From NCBI GenBank assembly GCA_051453625.1, contig JBOZIK010000001.1:702444-748612 (forward strand): 46,169 nucleotides of DNA, read 5' to 3'. Both the position numbers and the translations under genes were made by a program. The notes under the pieces were generated by a model. It was not told where the DNA came from and made no database searches. It saw nothing but the letters and a program-made list of their open reading frames with translations. The DNA is from Welwitschia mirabilis (taxonomy: Eukaryota). Positions within the stretch are counted from its first letter, which is position 1. Every line of letters starts with the position of its first letter. Below, one piece after another: positions 12,871-26,705 of the stretch.

Positions 12871-15004
12871 ACTTCCTAAAAAATGAACTTAAGGAGGGTC
12901 TTTAGAAAATTTCAAAGGGTGTTTAGGAATTTAAAATAAGATTTTCAAGGTATTATTTTCAGCATTTTCAACAACATTCCAAAATTAAAAGGGAATCTAA
13001 GACATTAATTAAGAGAAAAAGAGAGAATACATGAGGGTAGAATTTTGTTTATCTAAGTCACTAAGGAAACTTAGAGCTCAAATGAGGTCTTTAAGAACTA
13101 CAAGAGTCCCAAATAACTTTTTCAAGCTTAATCACCATCGAGACTTGACTAGATTAGAATGTAAGATAAAGTGAGAGAATAGGCATATATGAAGGCAAGA
13201 TTCAAAGGAGGCCTTTAAAATTTTGTAAGAGAATTTTAAAAATTTAGAAAGAAGTTAATAAATGATGCAAGAAATGTAAGTTTTAGTATTAGCTTTCTTC
13301 TATCCTATGTTGTTTGTACATTTGCAAAGAATTATTTTCATTTTCAGGTTTGTCTTCTAGCTTTATATTATATTTTATTTACATGATTCCAAATGTTTAC
13401 ACTTACTTTGAGATCTGATATTTAATTTTAACATAATTAATTAAAATACAAGCATTGCTTTCAATCCAGCAGAGTGTGCTATGTCAAAAATCTAGATCTG
13501 TGACTTGGATATGCATAATCCTAAGGAATAGACAGGAGATAATATTTTCAAGTAACTCTATGATTTAAAAACACAAAGATTTAATTAATTAAAAGAGGCA
13601 TTATAGGATATTCATATTTCTTAGCATCAATACTATAGCTCATTCTCCCTGTCTTTATTCCATAATGTACTCCTCATTTCTTTATGTTCCTAATGCCACT
13701 TATAGTCTAATAAATACCAATACTTCTATAAATATGGATCCAAGTTTTATTTATTCAAGTTGATATATTGTTACTCACTCCTTTCTATCTTTATTACCAA
13801 TGATGTATGCACTCTCTCGATTTTGTCAAATACATAAATAAAAATTAAGTTTATTTTTGGGTCTTAAAACATTAACCAAAATAGTAAGGTTTTCTAGGAT
13901 AATATTTTATATTATCTTGATTTTCTTTATTAATATGATGTTTTATTTTTACATAATTTTAGTTTAGTATTTCTATGCATTATCTACACCTTCAAGGGTC
14001 TAATAGATTAAACTTAGATTATTTCATAGGACTAGTAACTAAAATACATTATAAAATGGCAAGCATGCTAAGAAGAAAATACACATGCCTTAATACTATA
14101 AGTAATAGCTATAGATATGAATCTAGGGATCTTGTGCTCTTATTATAATAAGATATGATCTTATGATTTTAGTTTTAAAACAAATGTACGTGTGCGCGCG
14201 TGTGCCTGTGTATTTACGAGAACTAATAAATGCATAAGCATATTGATAGAAAGGAGCATTTTAGCACTTAAAATCAAATACAATAATTAAAATATTCTAA
14301 GCCTTGTCTACTAATCCTTCATATACTATATAACATAGCATAGAGATAGTGTGAAACTTGATTTAAGGATTTCTTAAACTAAGTCCTTAATCCTTTTGTA
14401 TCTAGTATATGCTTTATAAAATAAATCAAAAATACTTATAGAGTTAATCTAAAGGTTTCTTAGATTAATGAAAAAATTAGTCTTGAAAAAATAATTTCAT
14501 AATAGAAGCATATTCTCCCAGATATTGATTAAGCATAAACAAATCCAAATTCTATATTGCACTCTTCTTACTCTAGTTTATTTTAGAACACTTTAGTCTT
14601 GAATTCTTTTTTTCTTGCATTGAAAAAACATACTAGAATCATTTTGAAATGCATAAGTGATGCATAACATAACTCTTCACTTCTTTAGGTTCATCATTAT
14701 GATTAGGGAACGTTGATAAATGAAACTTTAGTTTGGGTTTGGTTTTATTTATTTTTCATGTATTCTCTTTCTTCTTCTTTTTCTTCTTTTAAACTTTATT
14801 TGAGTTACATTAATAGCAAATAATAAAGATGCACATCCAATTTAACATTAAAATGATATTTTAATAACTATTGATGTCTAACAAAGGAAATTAATAAAAT
14901 GGCTTTACCTTCTGAAATAAACTTGTATAATATGAAATAAAAATTACTTTCACTACTATGTAAATACTAATTAATCATTTATTTTAATAAAGTTATTTTA
15001 TTTA

Positions 15005-15800
15005 ATACCTTAATAAGTAAGAATGAAATAAGTTAGATTTCAAGAGATGTAACCATCAATTCACTAATTATTTTGAAAAGATTAAATATTTTTAAAGTAT
15101 GATCTAAATGAGATTTAATGATCAAAATCTAAGTCTTAGCTTGTTGTTCAGTGTCAACTTCTAATGATAACTAATTTATAACATAAAAAATCTAAATTAC
15201 GAGAAATTGTAAAAATTTAGCCACTAAATCAACAACATATCCATCATGGATGAAGGAATGGATATGAGAGGGTTATGAGGTATGTCTTCACATTTCATCT
15301 TCTTTTTGTCCTTTTTTTCCTTTTTTCTATTTTTTAAGTAAATGCTTGAGATGGACTAGATATACCTGATAAGCAAATTGTAACTAATCATACATTAGAT
15401 GACACCTAAAGCATGATTATCCATTTCTAATTTTTATTCCATTTATCCATTAGTAGTGGTTAGAAAAAATTAAAGTGCATTAAGAAGAGTGAAACCACTA
15501 TTAAAAATGTAAGGATTCACAACTCTAATTTTAAGCTAAATCCCATATAATCAATCCTTTAGTGAAGTTTCCATAGATACCATATTACACTACCGAAGGC
15601 CCCTTTTAGTATTTTCCCTAATGCACTTGTGGTAGGATAATGTACTTAATTTATTTTGGTTTTAGACTTATGACGAAATATGAATTCTGATGACACATGG
15701 TTCTTAAATATCATAGTTAGACCAAAACATTTGGCTAGTATAAAAATAATTTCTTATAATCCACCATTCCATGTTCTCCACTAGTTAAATAGTTGGATGA
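15005..15800 (-). pseudogene. Chromovirus-like Ty3/Gypsy integrase remnant (internally deleted)
   Basis: Ordered motifs Y*PN (YWP, ~15735), VSME.FTKGL (SMDFxxGL, 15552-15580), NG*ME (NGQxE, ~15445), NKLRLRF (KLxPRF) and NLFHSYLLR (NVFHVSxLR, ~15008-15035). The spacing from SMDF to NGQ is shorter than normal. Confidence 0.55.
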
Positions 15801-16866
15801 TAATAAATATTAACTAAATTATTTTATCATCATTTAGAGACTAACATGTTTTAAGTAATGATTTTTTTTTCATTTCATAATTCTTGATTGAATATAATGT
15901 AATCCTTAATATCTTTCAAATTCCATTCTCATAAGGGATAATATAATCTAAATGTACTTAATCTATTGTATACTAAAACTATCAAATTAGTGTAAAACGT
16001 ATTTAGAAAAATACAAAGTGAATTAAGTAAAGTAAATTAATATATCTCAAAGACTTAAAATATAAAAGATGACATTCAACATTAAAACACTCATAATGTT
16101 AAATCAAAATATGGCTATTGATGTTTATTTATTTTTAATTGAGTTATATTTAGTTACATATGCATTTTGAAACGTGTTAAGATAAATTTTTATGTTTTTA
16201 CACATATTCTTCTTTTTTAATTTTTTATCAATAGGCTTTATTTCTTTTTTCTCAAGATAAGCATATCTTATTTCTTTCATATGTTCTTTTTCTTTTTCAA
16301 ATAATGCTTTAATTTTGATTTTACCTATGTCATTAAAAAGACTTACTTTAGTTTAGATGTTTTAATTTTATGTCTATAGCCCTTAATATTTTCATAATTT
16401 CATATAAAAAATATTTTACCATACTAGGATTATATCTTTTAAAATTATCATTTACCTTAATGCATAAATCATTCTAAAAGTCTTTTCATGGTTTAAACTA
16501 TTTCTCAAGATCATTCTTAGTTTTACTTTCTACTAATGTTTAATTGATACTTGTAGCTTCCTTTTATTATCATTACCAACTCATTATTTTTAAAATTAAA
16601 AAGTAAATGTTTTATTGGAATGGAACTTTTAGAAGTATTTGTAAATTTTATTTTTGATTTGGTTTACATTCCCATTCTTATTATCTATGTATTCAACGTT
16701 CTCTAATATAGACGATGAATTTATGACTTCTTGGTTATTAAAATTCTCTTTAAATAAATTTAATTCAAATAGATATTCTTCATATTTTTCTCTACTATTA
16801 TCCATTTATAGGTGAAGTTATCTTGAATTTTAATATTCCTTATTAATATAAACATCCAAATGATAA

Positions 16867-18057
16867 TGTTCACTATGAAATAATGTTATTTATTATAGTA
16901 AAATGAAAATATTAAATAAACTAAGTGATGACCCAATATCATTCTTTCACAGGGATATATACAATGGCAATATTAACAAAAGTAACATAATAATTACACT
17001 CCTACAATAAGAATCAAAACAAAACATAAAATTTAGTTTTGAGAAATGTGTTGAACTTTAGATGATGATGTAGAAAAATGAACATGCTCTCAAGGTCTAG
17101 TTTGCCTTATCCATTAACACTCTTTCACTCTACTACTATCCTATAATCTTCATGAAATATAATTTCAATTTAATCTCATCTAAATATTACTATTACCATG
17201 TTAATATGCATTAATAATGAAATAATGAACAACTACTTTAACATTTAAATGAGAAATAGTCTCACCTAGATATTACTAGCACCATGTTAATATGCACTAG
17301 TAATTAAGGATGAATAACTTATTTTCATATTAAAAACCAAAAAAAAATACGTTACATTAAAGGAGAACAATGAAGTTGATAGACTCCTCAAACTATCCTT
17401 GGAACAAGCTCACTCCCAAGGAAGGTTCTTAGAAAGTTATAGCTTCCTAATGCTCTAAGTATTCCCACTATAGTTTACTAACTAAAGCTACTTTACAATG
17501 AGGATTTAATAACCTTACATAGATGAGGGAATTCCTAGAGAGCTTTGTCATAATGTGGTTGATAGCTATTACATAGCACGGATTATACTTTTAAATGGTT
17601 ACATTAGGAGAAAGTTACTAAATTTAGCATGTAGCCTTAATAGATGATTCTTTATCTTCTAATGTGAGAGAGATGATGACATNNNNNNNNNNCAACATGT
17701 TATCAAAGTTAAAGATTTATTCTAATTTACATCTAACTCAGCCCATAAGTATAATCTAATGCTCTTATCATAACTATGCAAGAACATGAGAATGATTAAC
17801 TTTGCCTCAGAAGACTAGTAGTGCTAGTGACTTGGATGGTGATGTTGACATTTTCTCTTAGATTTTCTTTAGTTTTTAAGATGTCTTTCAAAAGGCAGCA
17901 ATAAGCCTAAAAATGTTATGGAAAGTTCATAATTTCACAAAACATAATAAAAACATGGAAGGCATCATTTTATAATAAAATAAATAATTTAATATCTTTT
18001 CCAATGCAAACGTGATTAAATATATTTGCTCGAAATCTCAATTTTTACATGTAAGTA
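16867..18057 (-). repeat. 3' LTR of element B (contains a 10-N gap)
   Basis: Plus strand starts TGTTCACTATG and is collinear with 24578-25816. The family terminal inverted repeat consensus is TGTTCAC...GTGAACA. Confidence 0.9.
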
Positions 18058-18599
18058 CACCCCTAACTAGACTTTTGCTAGTCTCCTAACAAAAGTTGAT
18101 GAAGAAATGATTAACATGAAAAAATTATCTAACTGAAATATTAAAGTATAGATATGATATAACTTTGAAAAATATTTTAATTATTTTTAAGAAATCAGGC
18201 ATTAAAATTTGAAAAATTCTATAAAAAATAGATGTCATACTCCCTAATCAAAACAAAACTTTATCCTCAAAGTTTTAAAGAGATAGAAAAATTTAATACA
18301 ATGCTTTTTAAAATAAATCAAAGTAATTAAAAAGGAAATTTTATATGACATAGATTTTCATACAATAAGCTAGAAAATCACTTTGATGTAAGCACTTCAA
18401 AACTTCAAGAAAAACTATAATGCCAAAAAATTTAAAATAGCTTATAAAACACACTCAAAAACATTTAGAAACATTAAAACATACTTAAATGTAATTCTTA
18501 TTAAAAATATATTCTACAAGAGACTAAATGTTCTAGTTTTTTATCTATCTCCTTCTACTTAGATGGGATTTTATTCATCTTTCAATCTAAGTCTTATGT

Positions 18600-19545
18600 T
18601 TTTGCAGTATCTATTACAAGAATGTTTCATTAGATAAAGAAGAATGGAATTGAATAAATGGAGAAGAATAAGAAGGAGGAGGAGGATGGAAGGATTATCC
18701 AATAGGTTCCGTACTCTTTTTGTAAGTCATTGGAGGTACATAAGAAGTTACACATGAAGGAACAAAATGAATAGAAGATGAATTATGATGAATTTCTTCC
18801 TTCGGTTGTTGCTCTTCTTCTTACTGCTCTTCCTGATATTCTTATTGCTACCTTGAAATCCAATTAGTATTACAATACTTTTAATCTTGGTTAATATTAC
18901 AAGAGGTAATGCTTTCATTCTCTGCTCTCTTCAAATCTTTACAATCTNNNNNNNNNNNNNNNNNNNNNNNNNNNNNNNNNNNNNNNNNAAGGCAAGATAA
19001 AGGAAGATTACTCTAATGACTTGCTTGGTTAGTAATAGTTCTAACCAAAAATTTGGTAATGTTAAAGGCTCTATTATTCTAGTGAGGTATAAATGGATAT
19101 TATAAGTATTCATGACATATGACATAGGTAACACATTATGAATTATTAATCTAGATAAGGTCAGTTGGTTTTTATGTAAAAACTTGCATAGAAGTATACC
19201 TTCTTTGTTGGAAGTATACTCTACATCTAAGGCATGATAATAATATTTTAAAGTTTTTACTAAAATAAAAGAAATATTATTGGAATGTTCTATCCCTAAG
19301 ACTCCTTTAAAATTAACTAAATGAATTGCCTCAATATGTGAATGAATTACCCAGGGTCTTCATCATCAAATGTTGCATTTTTTTAGAATTCAAAAAATTT
19401 TTCTACATAATAAAATGCATTAGCTTCTTTTAGCAGGTACTTACAACCTCTAGTTTCAGTTTTGATGAGATAGTAAGAAGCAAACATGTCTAGAAATGAG
19501 CTGAAAATTACCCTCTTCAATGAAAAAATCTTGTCTTTCACTCAT
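18600..19545 (-). pseudogene. Probable Athila ORF2 (env-like) remnant
   Basis: Lies after a long non-coding spacer and before the PPT. Fragments YYVEKFFEF*KN (cf. LVxEFYAN), LIIHNVLP and FNITKFLVRTI...SNLPLSCL (cf. LPFPxLIT) are followed by a Q/E- then P/S-rich tail. Interrupted by a 41-N gap. Confidence 0.5.
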
Positions 19546-21489
19546 CTCTCTAGGAAAAGTAACAAGAAAGAAAATAAAACAAAGAACAAAAAATAAATGA
19601 GAGACATAAAGGAAAGTAATGTAAGAAAAAAATTAAAAAACAAAGTAAAAATGAGATTTTCAAAGAATTTTTCATGAAACATTGTAAAGAAAAATAGAAA
19701 TTTGAAAAATATATGGGGTACCATGATTCTAAAAAGCTAATAAAAACACAAGAGACAACTGAGTGGATTAAGAGGATGTGAGACTCAATCAAACAATGAT
19801 AATGCTAGTTATAATAGGTAGTGGCACTAAATCAACAAAACAGAAGCATCTCTATAGGAGACTCATGCTCAACTGTGACATTGGGAGGGTAGTGGTATTA
19901 TGGATGTGCTGAAAGACATAAGGTAAAATAGGGACTTTTATAGATTTGATTCTAAATTATAATCATTGAATCATTTAGGATAATCAATGGTTAAGATGAA
20001 TTATTGCATGGATTAAAGGACTGATTGAAAAGTCATTTCATAAAAAGCATAGTTGTGTTTCTTTGGTGTGCTTTCTCTCATAGAATAATATGATTAAAAT
20101 GCAAATTAGGGAAAATAAAACATGAACTTTAATGAAAAACTCATCAATCATAAATTCAAAATATAGAATACCTAAGTTAATGGTCATATTTATTTTAAAA
20201 TTTTACAAATTTTTATTCTAAATTTAAATGGATTTCAATGCAAAACAAACAAGGTATCTTCTAAGTAATCCTATAAAAATCCAAATTTAGTTAAGGAAGT
20301 CTTCAAGTAGTTAAGTTAAAGAAATAAATCTCATAACAATCTTCAAATACCACCTTTTCTTTCCATTTTTATCTTTCCACAAGTACTTATGTTCTTTGTT
20401 TCAAGCATTTAGATTAAATCAAGCATTTAGTGTTATGACATATTCTTCTAATAGAGTTTAAGAATGTTGTTTTATGAAGAAGTCAGTGCTACATTGCTAT
20501 CGACTGTTTATAGCCCTAGTATAGTTGAACATATCATAAAATAGGTTATTAGAGTTGTGTTACTAATGAGCATCCATAACCCAAATACAGTAATCAATAA
20601 ATAATTTTCTTTTTGAAGAGGAGATATTTTATTTTTTTAAATCATTTCTTCTCATATTTAATAAATTTATGCATATGAAATAGATCACTAGCTTATTATC
20701 CTAATCAAGAAGAATCTTGTTCCTATAAAAATGCTTTGAAAACATGAAACATAATATGAAAGTAGTTCCCACATTTTTCTTTTCATTTTCTAAATTTAAA
20801 GACCTTAAGTGATACTAATCTTAATACATAACTTAGAAAATTAAAAAAAAACTCTTCTTGAAAAGTACAAGTAAACTTAAATTTTACCTAATTTTTACTG
20901 ACAAGGCAATCACTTATTAATGGTTTATTTATTTTGGGACATGAAATAGAACCATCTAATCTTTAGAATTCATGGATGAATGGTAATGGTAGCTGGTTTG
21001 TATACTACATGAGATGATTTAAAAATGGGTTGGATGTATGGAATGGTTTGAATGAGTAATGATGGTTATGATTATCAATGTAAAAAATATTCTTAGACTC
21101 TAATGAATTGGTTATGCTTTTGGCAGTGCTACTGTAAGGGGATTTTTAGAAGAATGAAATGTGAAAGGTTTGAAAATATTATGGTTATGAGTCTTAAAGT
21201 TTTAATTATTTAAAATAATAGTAGGATGGACATCATTTTTTATGGATTAACTTTGCACACACATGTAAAAACTTTAAAATAACATCAAGAATGCAATCAA
21301 AATATTTTAAGTTTTTAAAGTCAAAAGTCTTCCATTCTATTTCATTTCTATGATTTTCTAATACATTATTAAAAGAAGAATCAAAATCATTGAAATTAAT
21401 TTAGGAGGAGAAAATATTTGATTCAATAAAAGAAGGATTAATATCATGAATAAAATCAACCTTATTATTATTCTCTAGAAGTTTCACAG

Positions 21490-23580
21490 TATTAAAAATA
21501 TTTAGATCCATATTCAGGTTATGAAAAGAAATATTCATGCTACAATTTTTACAATTAATACAGGCATTAGATTTTGCTAAAAATGGCCTACCTAATATAA
21601 CTAAACTAAATTATATCTAATTGTATCATTTCTAAGACAATGAAATCATCCAAAAAGTAGCAGTTACCAATTTGCACAACTAGGTCTTTAACAATTTCTA
21701 ACAGTGATTTTAAAGAACTACCTACTATCCATAGTTAGGTTTTAGTCATTTTAAGATAATTGAGGCTAAGTTTCTTATAAACCAACTAGGGTAAAATGTT
21801 AATTCTTACTCCTAAATCTAATAAGGCCTGCCTTAAATGTTTCTCTCTAATTGTGATAGCGATTATGGGACAACTAAAGTCTTTATATTTAGAAGGTATT
21901 TAGTATTGAATGATTACAATTGTATATTAGGCTAAAAAGGTCTTTTTTTAAACATGGATTTCTCTCTTAATCATACATATGTCTTTTAGAAATTTTCATA
22001 TGATAAAACTTTTATAATTACATCTAATAATGGCATGTTGATTTTTACATTTTTAAAAACTTGTAAAGATTCTAATTGTTTCTTTTTAATTTCTTCATTT
22101 CTAATTTTTTGTGTGAAGGATGGAGGTTCTTGATAATTAGGTAAAGATTCCTTTAAATTCTTGTCCTTCTTATTGTTTTCTTTGGGGATTGGTTCTTATT
22201 TGAAGACATTTTGCTCTATTTACTTATTTAGTTATTTTTCACTCTCAAGGTGAATGGCTTTAGTCTCTTTGATATGGTTGGGTTCTAATCCTTCTATGAA
22301 TCTCAGTCCTTTAGGATTTGATTTTCAACTCCTAGGGAGTTTATCAAGTTTTTATTGGGTTATATAAGATAGAATTTATTAAACTATATGAGTATTGGTT
22401 TAGATAATTTATTGAAGGTAATTTAAGGTAGAAGAATGTTACTTGAGAGTTCTTTCATAGTAATAGTTGATTTGGACTTGATCACAGTTAATCTGTGGTT
22501 GGGTATCCATGATATTTTTAAATGTTCCTCTAATGGAGTGGGTGATGAAGATTATTAGTGAGTAAATAATGAAGGAAAGAGGGTTCTTAATTTGCTACAA
22601 TGATTTTCATCATGAAAATTATTTTATCTTCAAAAAAAGTTGGGATCATTCCTCTATCCAAGGTTGTAAGTGTTTAAGTGAGAATCATTTTTATTATCTT
22701 ATCACTAGTATTCTATAATGTTTATTTATTCATTAATAATGTTTTTAAAGATGGGTATCAAAGAATATTTACATGTTTCATGAGAATCTAAGTAGTAGAT
22801 AAGGCATTTGAATGTAGAGGTTGGTAGTTTGGATGATGTGGATAGAAGTTATATTCTTTTCAACAAATAATCTAATCGATTGTTAATGTCTAAATTTTCT
22901 AAGACTCAAAAAACATTCATACATCTAATAGATGATTGGGATCTAGATTGTTCAATTAATGTCTCCAAAGTTTTAGAGATTTTAGCTACTATTTATATGT
23001 AATCCCATACTTCATTTAGCAGTAAACTAAGAAAACCACCTCTACTTATCATCTAAACTAATTGTCTATTATTGTACATAGCTCATCGTCAAAGAAACTA
23101 ATCTCTCTATCTAGCTCAAATCCATGTTGTAGAAAATTTTTACAATAAATATTTAAATCTCTTTAAGAATTAAAAGAAGGTGTTATAATTTTTTAGTGGT
23201 AATTCATTATCTCTCATCTTAGGACATTTGTCTTATGGTTTGGAAAAAATTTATTAATAAAATCTTTGTTTAAATAAGCTTATGTTTTAATAAAAAGGAT
23301 TTTAGGATGTAGACCCAAGACTTAGCTTTTATTTTAAGAAAGATGAAAATAGATTGAGTCTCATGGTATCAAAAGTATTGGGGTATTATAGTAGAATAGA
23401 TAGCACACATTTAAATTCTTAAGGTGTAGATAAGAGTCTTTGAATTCTAAGCCATGAAAGTGGAGTAATAATTGGATTGTGGATGGCTTAAATTCTAACC
23501 TATTAGCTATTAGTAGTTAGACTATGCATAAGGATGTTCCTAAACATTATGGTTGTAAATAGTTGTAAACAGTATATTTA
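21490..23580 (-). pseudogene. Athila-type gag-aspartic protease pseudogene (many stops and frameshifts)
   Basis: Gag motifs on the minus strand: EFKPSTIQLLLHFHGLEFKDSYLHLK, MRLNLFSSFLK.KAKSW, FINKFFPNHKTNVLR*EI, QHGFE, KLPRS*KSNPKG, KAIHLESEK. Protease region: VKINMPLLD, KYKDFSCP, ALLDLGVRINILP (catalytic D motif), DFIVLEM, VILGRPFLAKSNACINCKN...LNIFN. Confidence 0.9.
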
Positions 23581-24552
23581 GATAGTCTACCATTGGGTTA
23601 GGTTTTATAATTTATTCTTGGAAATGATTTTACGCATTTCTTGACTCAGGTAATAGGCTTGAAGATTGTCTATGAGCTTTTTATTCAAATAAGGTCTATT
23701 TTTAGGATGATAAAAATTAGATTGAGTGTTTTAATTTTGTTACAAAGTTGAGGGTTTTTCTCTTTAGGGGTTGTAAGGATCATTTTTAGATGCAAATCTT
23801 TAGTATTTATTTCCTTTAGAATTGGAGTCCATATTATTAAAAGGATTTCTAATTAGTCATCCTATTTTGTCATGGATCAAAGCATAAGTTTTGGATTTGG
23901 CTTAGACAAGTTTTAGGTAGGGCCTAGATCACAGAAGAACTCAAAAGAGATTACAAAACTCATTTCAAGTTTTATAATGTTTTTCTCAGAAATGCTGATG
24001 ACGCTAGTAAGGGATGCTGGCAACACTAGTTAAGTTGGAGATTTTAGTCTAAGAAATGTTGATAGAAATTAAAAACAATAGAAAAAATAAAAATAAACCT
24101 ATTAAAAATAAATCCTAAATGTTTATAATTTTAGAATTTAATCAATAAATAGAATAAAAACTAAAAAAATTATAAAAATAAAATTAATAGAAAATAAACA
24201 GAAAAAACTCAAGTTAGAGTTTAAATTTAGTTCTTCTCCTTCATGATCTTAGTTTTGGTTGTAATCTACAGAAAAACCATTAGATCTTTAACACATAATA
24301 TTAGATATAGATATGAATTTTAGTGTTAAATTATAAAACTAAACAAAAACTTAAAAATTAGACCAACTTAAATTTCACTAGAAAGAACCAGTAGTAAGCA
24401 CTGGAAAGCATAAGAAATAAATACTCAACCAAAAAGAAAAGGATTAGTTTGGGTTTTATGAAAAAGGACTATTACCAACCACTAAAAAAATAAAAACTAA
24501 AAAAAATTAAAAAGAAAAAAATTATTCACTTTTAAAAATCTACCATCCTAAT

Positions 24553-24571
24553 ATCCCTAGTAAAGATGCCA
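24553..24571 (-). promoter_or_regulatory. Degenerate primer-binding site of element B (tRNA-Asp type)
   Basis: Minus strand TGGCATCTTTACTAGGGAT compared with TGGCGCCGTTGCCGGGGAT, at the same relative position as in element A. Confidence 0.75.
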
Positions 24572-24577
24572 AAAACC

Positions 24578-25816
24578 TATTCACTACAAAATAATGTTAT
24601 TCATTATAGTAAAAAGTAAAGATCAAATCAACTGAATGGTGATCTAGTAACATTCTTTCATAGGGATATATATGTGATAAGAGAAACTAAATTAATACAA
24701 TAATCATACTCGTACAATGAAAATCAAAATAGAACTTAAATTTGAGTTTTGAAAAATGTGGTGAATCTCAGATAATAATAGAGAAAAACAAACATACTCC
24801 AAAGGTTTAATTCAGTTTGTTCATTAATATTCCTTCACTCCAATGATATTCTATAATGTTATTAAAACATAATCTCAATGTAGCCTCACTTAAAAATTAC
24901 TAATACCATATTAATTTGCATTAGTAATAAAAAATTAATAATTACTTAAATATTCAAATAAGAAATAGTCTCACCTAAAGATTACTAGTACTATGTTAAT
25001 GTACACTAGTAATGAATGAATGAATAACTTATTCTTGTATTAGAAACTATAAAAATACATTATGTTAAAGGAGGAGTATAAAGCTAAATAAATTTCTCAA
25101 ACTAGCCTTAAATAAAGCTAGCTCCCAAAGAAGGTTCTCAGAAATCTGTGACGTCTTAATGCTCCAAGCATTCCCACCACATTTGGCTAATCAAATATTT
25201 TTGACAATGAGAGTTTAAGGTCCTTTTATATAAGAGGAAAGAATTTAATAGCTTTATCATGATGTGGTTAATGGTAGATACATAAAAGGGGGTTATACTT
25301 TTGGGTGGTCACATTAGGAGTAAGTTACAAATTTTGGCATGTAGCATTTATAGATGATTTTTAATCTTGTAATGTAAGACATATGATAACATTTTCTTTA
25401 ACTAATGATGCAACTACCAATAAACACCATGTCATGTGTCTTCCATGTCATTATCCTTGTTGTTGTCACATGTTATTGTACTTCTACCACATGTTGTCAA
25501 AGTTAAAGATTTATTTTGATTTACATCTGACTCATTTCATAAGTGTAATGTGATGTCTTTTCCATAAATATGTAATACTACTGATGACCCGGATAGTAGT
25601 ATTTATGTTTTCTATTATATTTTCTTTAGTTTCTAAAATATCTTCTAGAAGAAAGAAATAAATTTAAAAATGTTATGGAAAAGTTTATAATTTTATGAAA
25701 CATGATAAAAATGGTAGAAGACATCATTTTAAGATAAAATGACTAATTTAATATTATTGCTAATGCAAAATTAATCACATATACTTACTTGGAATGTTAA
25801 TTTTTGCATGTGAATA
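24578..25816 (-). repeat. 5' LTR of element B
   Basis: Plus strand reads TATTCACTAC...CATGTGAATA. Homologous to 16867-18057 and adjacent to the PBS. Confidence 0.9.
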
Positions 25817-26609
25817 GACAACCACTAGACCCTTCTATTGTTAGCATCTTATCTTTTTCATTATCATCATTAAGGTTATTTAAAAATGTAGATATAATAT
25901 TTTCTTATTTAATATCTATCACTAATATTCTAAAGTTACTAGATTTTTCAATTTGATTGTTATGTAAGTTTTCATCTAGAGGCCTATGATACTTAACCTT
26001 TCTTAGACATCTACTATTCTAGTTTTTTATTCTTTAATCCTATTTTATTTCTTTCATTCATGTTTTTTCCCTTCCTACAAGGACTTATCATTTGATTCTA
26101 ATAAAAAGAAATATCTTTTAGCATTGTAATCAAATGTAGAGGGATGAAAGTATCTTCTAAGGCTTTACTAAGATATTCTAAATATCTTTCCTTCTTGTTT
26201 TGGGGATTTTATATCATTTTACTTCTCATTATATTAGGTAATGTATTATTTAAAATATTTTTGGTTTTTTCTAAAATATTCTCTCCCACTTTCTAATTTT
26301 CCAACTTTTTGGCTCTTTTATTAGATGACCAATCATTTTTAAAAGTTTTTCTTAATTTGGTATTAATAGTTTTTCATTTATATTTTATTAGGTTTTGTTA
26401 AGGATGAGCTAGTATCACAATAGATTTCTCAAATTTTTAACTATTGGAGTTTCTTTCTCTATTAATCCAATTTCTAAAGTGATTATATTATTAATATCTT
26501 TTAGATTACATGAATTTGTGAATTGGATTTTCCTTTTTATTCATCTATTTGCTATAGTAGCTCAAATAACATCTTTTTCCTAATGTGAGGGGCATTATTT
26601 GGATTATAG

Positions 26610-26705
26610 TTAATCCCATTAATATCTAGCCACTTAATAGATCCTTACATCCAAGGATATTTTATGGACTCATGATTATTCTCATAGTGATACTCACATA
26701 CTTTT
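26610..26705 (-). pseudogene. Tat-type gag zinc-knuckle remnant
   Basis: KVCEYHYENNHESIKYPWM*GSIKWLDING compared with Tat/Ogre CxYHxxxGHxTxxCxxLKxxIxxLIxxG. Partly visible in supplied ORF 26645..26827. Confidence 0.55.

Larger units (their letters stand above)
16867..25816 (-). mobile_element. Element B: degenerate Athila-like Ty3/Gypsy LTR retrotransposon (~8.9 kb), gag-protease plus ORF2, lacking RT/RNaseH/integrase
   Basis: LTRs 16867-18057 and 24578-25816. Flanks are GATAA (16862-16866) and GACAA (25817-25821). PBS at 24553-24571 and PPT AGTTAGGGGTG (plus strand CACCCCTAACT, 18058-18068). Gag and protease motifs are on the minus strand. Non-coding internal blocks are shared with element A. 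Confidence 0.92.

Noticed and set aside
25817..25840. Right flank of B (ACCACTAGACCCTTCTA) resembling the PPT-side internal sequence, suggesting a tandem three-LTR element
   Set aside because: The similarity is short and does not extend, and the GATAA/GACAA TSD supports a true end at 25816.
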